From assembly GCA_965153285.1 (NCBI GenBank), contig OZ229117.1: 64,000 nucleotides of DNA, one strand, 5' to 3'. The translations under genes were made by a program, and so were the position numbers. Positions 62,209 through 64,000 of the stretch are shown piece after piece. Under the pieces are notes generated by a model, which saw only the letters and a list, made by a program, of their open reading frames with translations, was not told the DNA's origin and searched no databases. The stretch is from Podarcis tiliguerta (lineage: Eukaryota). Within the stretch, counting starts at the first letter, position 1; each line of letters starts with the position of its first letter.

Positions 62209-64000
62209 CTGGACACAAAAATAAAAGATAGTATCAGTGGCAGCTGAAGGATGTCATAGTAAGAACAAAGCAAAAGAAAACAAACCACTTTCAAAAGAAA
62301 CAACACAGGTTTTTATAGATCTATGACAGCAACCAGCTGGCAAGAGAGAGATACTTGGGTAGCCACAAAGGTCATGCTGAAGATTTCATCTGCATAATAA
62401 AACTGAGCTAATGCTATATTTGCAGCCTCACCTTCACTGTGACTGGAGATATCTGGTCTATATAATCCTTATTTAAAACTTGAACAAGTGCACACCTGTT
62501 TCTGCTTTGCTACTGCAGACTAGAATAGTTTCCCCATTTTTAAGAAGAATGAACCCAATATACAGGATTCATTTGCTTATTGTTTTGGAAAGAGACAGAC
62601 AACAAGAAATATATCACCGCACAGAGGACTACAATGCAAGTTCACAAGTACAGCTCAATTTTTTTTTTGCACACAAAAGAAATTCACAATACAGTTTCAC
62701 AAAAGCAGCAAGTGGATTAACCATTTCCAGAAATAGCTTGGTGGCAATGTACTCAATAGTCATCCTCAGATTGAGTCAAAAGTTGTTCTTAGTATGTCAT
62801 GTTTCCCAAAGAAGCACAGAACAAAATAAATCAGAGACGAAATACTTAACTATTAGAGATTGAAAAGGGCACCAAAGTTCTTTATAGGTGCCTTCCAGCT
62901 AAACTGGCTGTAAAAGGATCCTCTAAGATGAGAATCAAGGGAGGTTTGAATCCCCACCCCCAACTTACAAGACCATTAAACAAACACTACCACGTATAAA
63001 TAATATACACACGCTTATTTAACTGCTCAGTTCGTCTATGCGACTCTTCCCATGCTGTGCGGGGCTGTTTGCAAAAGTGCTTTCAATTACCCCATGCTTT
63101 GCTTTGAAGTCCTAACAGTCAGGGTTTCAAAGGGCAGCATCACCTGCTGTCACTATGGTGTTTGGTGACTGACAAGTGGGTGGCTCCATCCACCTGTCAA
63201 ATTTGGCCCTTCAACTTGCTCCTTCCCCAAAAAATGTCCCTGGGTGGTTATTTTTTATGTACACACCTAAAGCAAGCTATATGAGGGAAAGTTGCACCCT
63301 CAAACGTATTAACACCTATTTGCCATGGTGGTTAAATGATACTGCACTGAAGGCTGCAGGATGAGAACAAATGATGAGGAAAGGTCATCACTGTGCTTCT
63401 GATTGACCCAGAAGAATCTGGTGGGGCTGCTGTTGGAAGGAGGATGCTTAATTATGGTCTGATACAGCAAGACAGTTCTTAATCTTTTGACACAAGAAAC
63501 AGAGAAAATCTAGAGCAGAAATACTACTCAACTGTGTGTTTCTTTCTGAACAGGGAGACTGCCCTTTACCACTGTTCCATCTAACTCAATATTGTCTGTA
63601 CAAAAAATGGGGAACCTGTGCCGGCGCCCCGCCCCCCCCCCCCCATGTTGCTGAACGACAACTCTCATCATCCCTAGCAAGCATGGTCATGCTTACTGGT
63701 GCTGATGGGAGTTGTAGATCAGTAACATCTGGAGGGCTAAAGTTCCCCCATCAGTGCTGTAAACTGACTGGCCACAGCTATCCAGTGTTTAAGACAGAAA
63801 TATTCCCCAGCTGCACCAGGTGACGAACCTTGGGTCTTCTGAATGCAAAGTGTGTGCTCTGCCTCTGACCTATGACTTGCTCTCTCTCATCGTTTGGGGA
63901 GCATTTAGGACATATGGGCAGCTCATATTGATGATGAAGTGGTTTAATGAGTACAGTAGACTCTTTATTTATCGCCCTTGTCTTGTATGTTAGAAGAGCT

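Noticed and set aside
62209-64000. CYLD promoter or neighbouring NOD2
   Set aside because: No CpG island or coding exon here; the sequence looks intronic, so these lie outside the window.

Overview
Vertebrate genomic DNA from a squamate reptile, most likely a lacertid lizard (full-length CpG-rich Sauria SINE with an (ACCTTT)n tail, many Squam3-type tRNA SINEs, CR1/L2/L1 fragments, palindromic hAT MITEs). The right ~23 kb holds the complete coding sequence of the deubiquitinase CYLD on the minus strand. It has 16 coding exons with GT-AG introns (61995->39336) that splice to 2829 nt / 942 aa, with an intact Cys-His-Asp triad. A probable long 3' UTR runs to ~33.6 kb. The promoter and further 5' exons are not in the window. 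The left ~33 kb has no credible protein-coding gene. It alternates TE-rich patches with TE-free blocks dense in homeodomain, PBX-HOX, MEIS and TCF motifs, consistent with the conserved gene desert downstream of CYLD toward SALL1 (inferred from amniote synteny). Most notable observations: (1) the ancestral CYLD N-terminus (MSSGLWSQEK) is decayed, with TTG in place of ATG and an in-frame TAA, so the protein must start at a new downstream ATG; (2) a candidate frame-preserving 30/15-nt micro-exon; (3) a perfect 45-bp copy of a homeodomain-rich block inside a nearby repeat; (4) a strong CTCF motif just past the 3' end; (5) a decayed Penelope hammerhead ribozyme. There is no evidence of a new multi-gene system. 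Repeat family names, human comparisons and enhancer calls come from recall and pattern recognition, not database searches.
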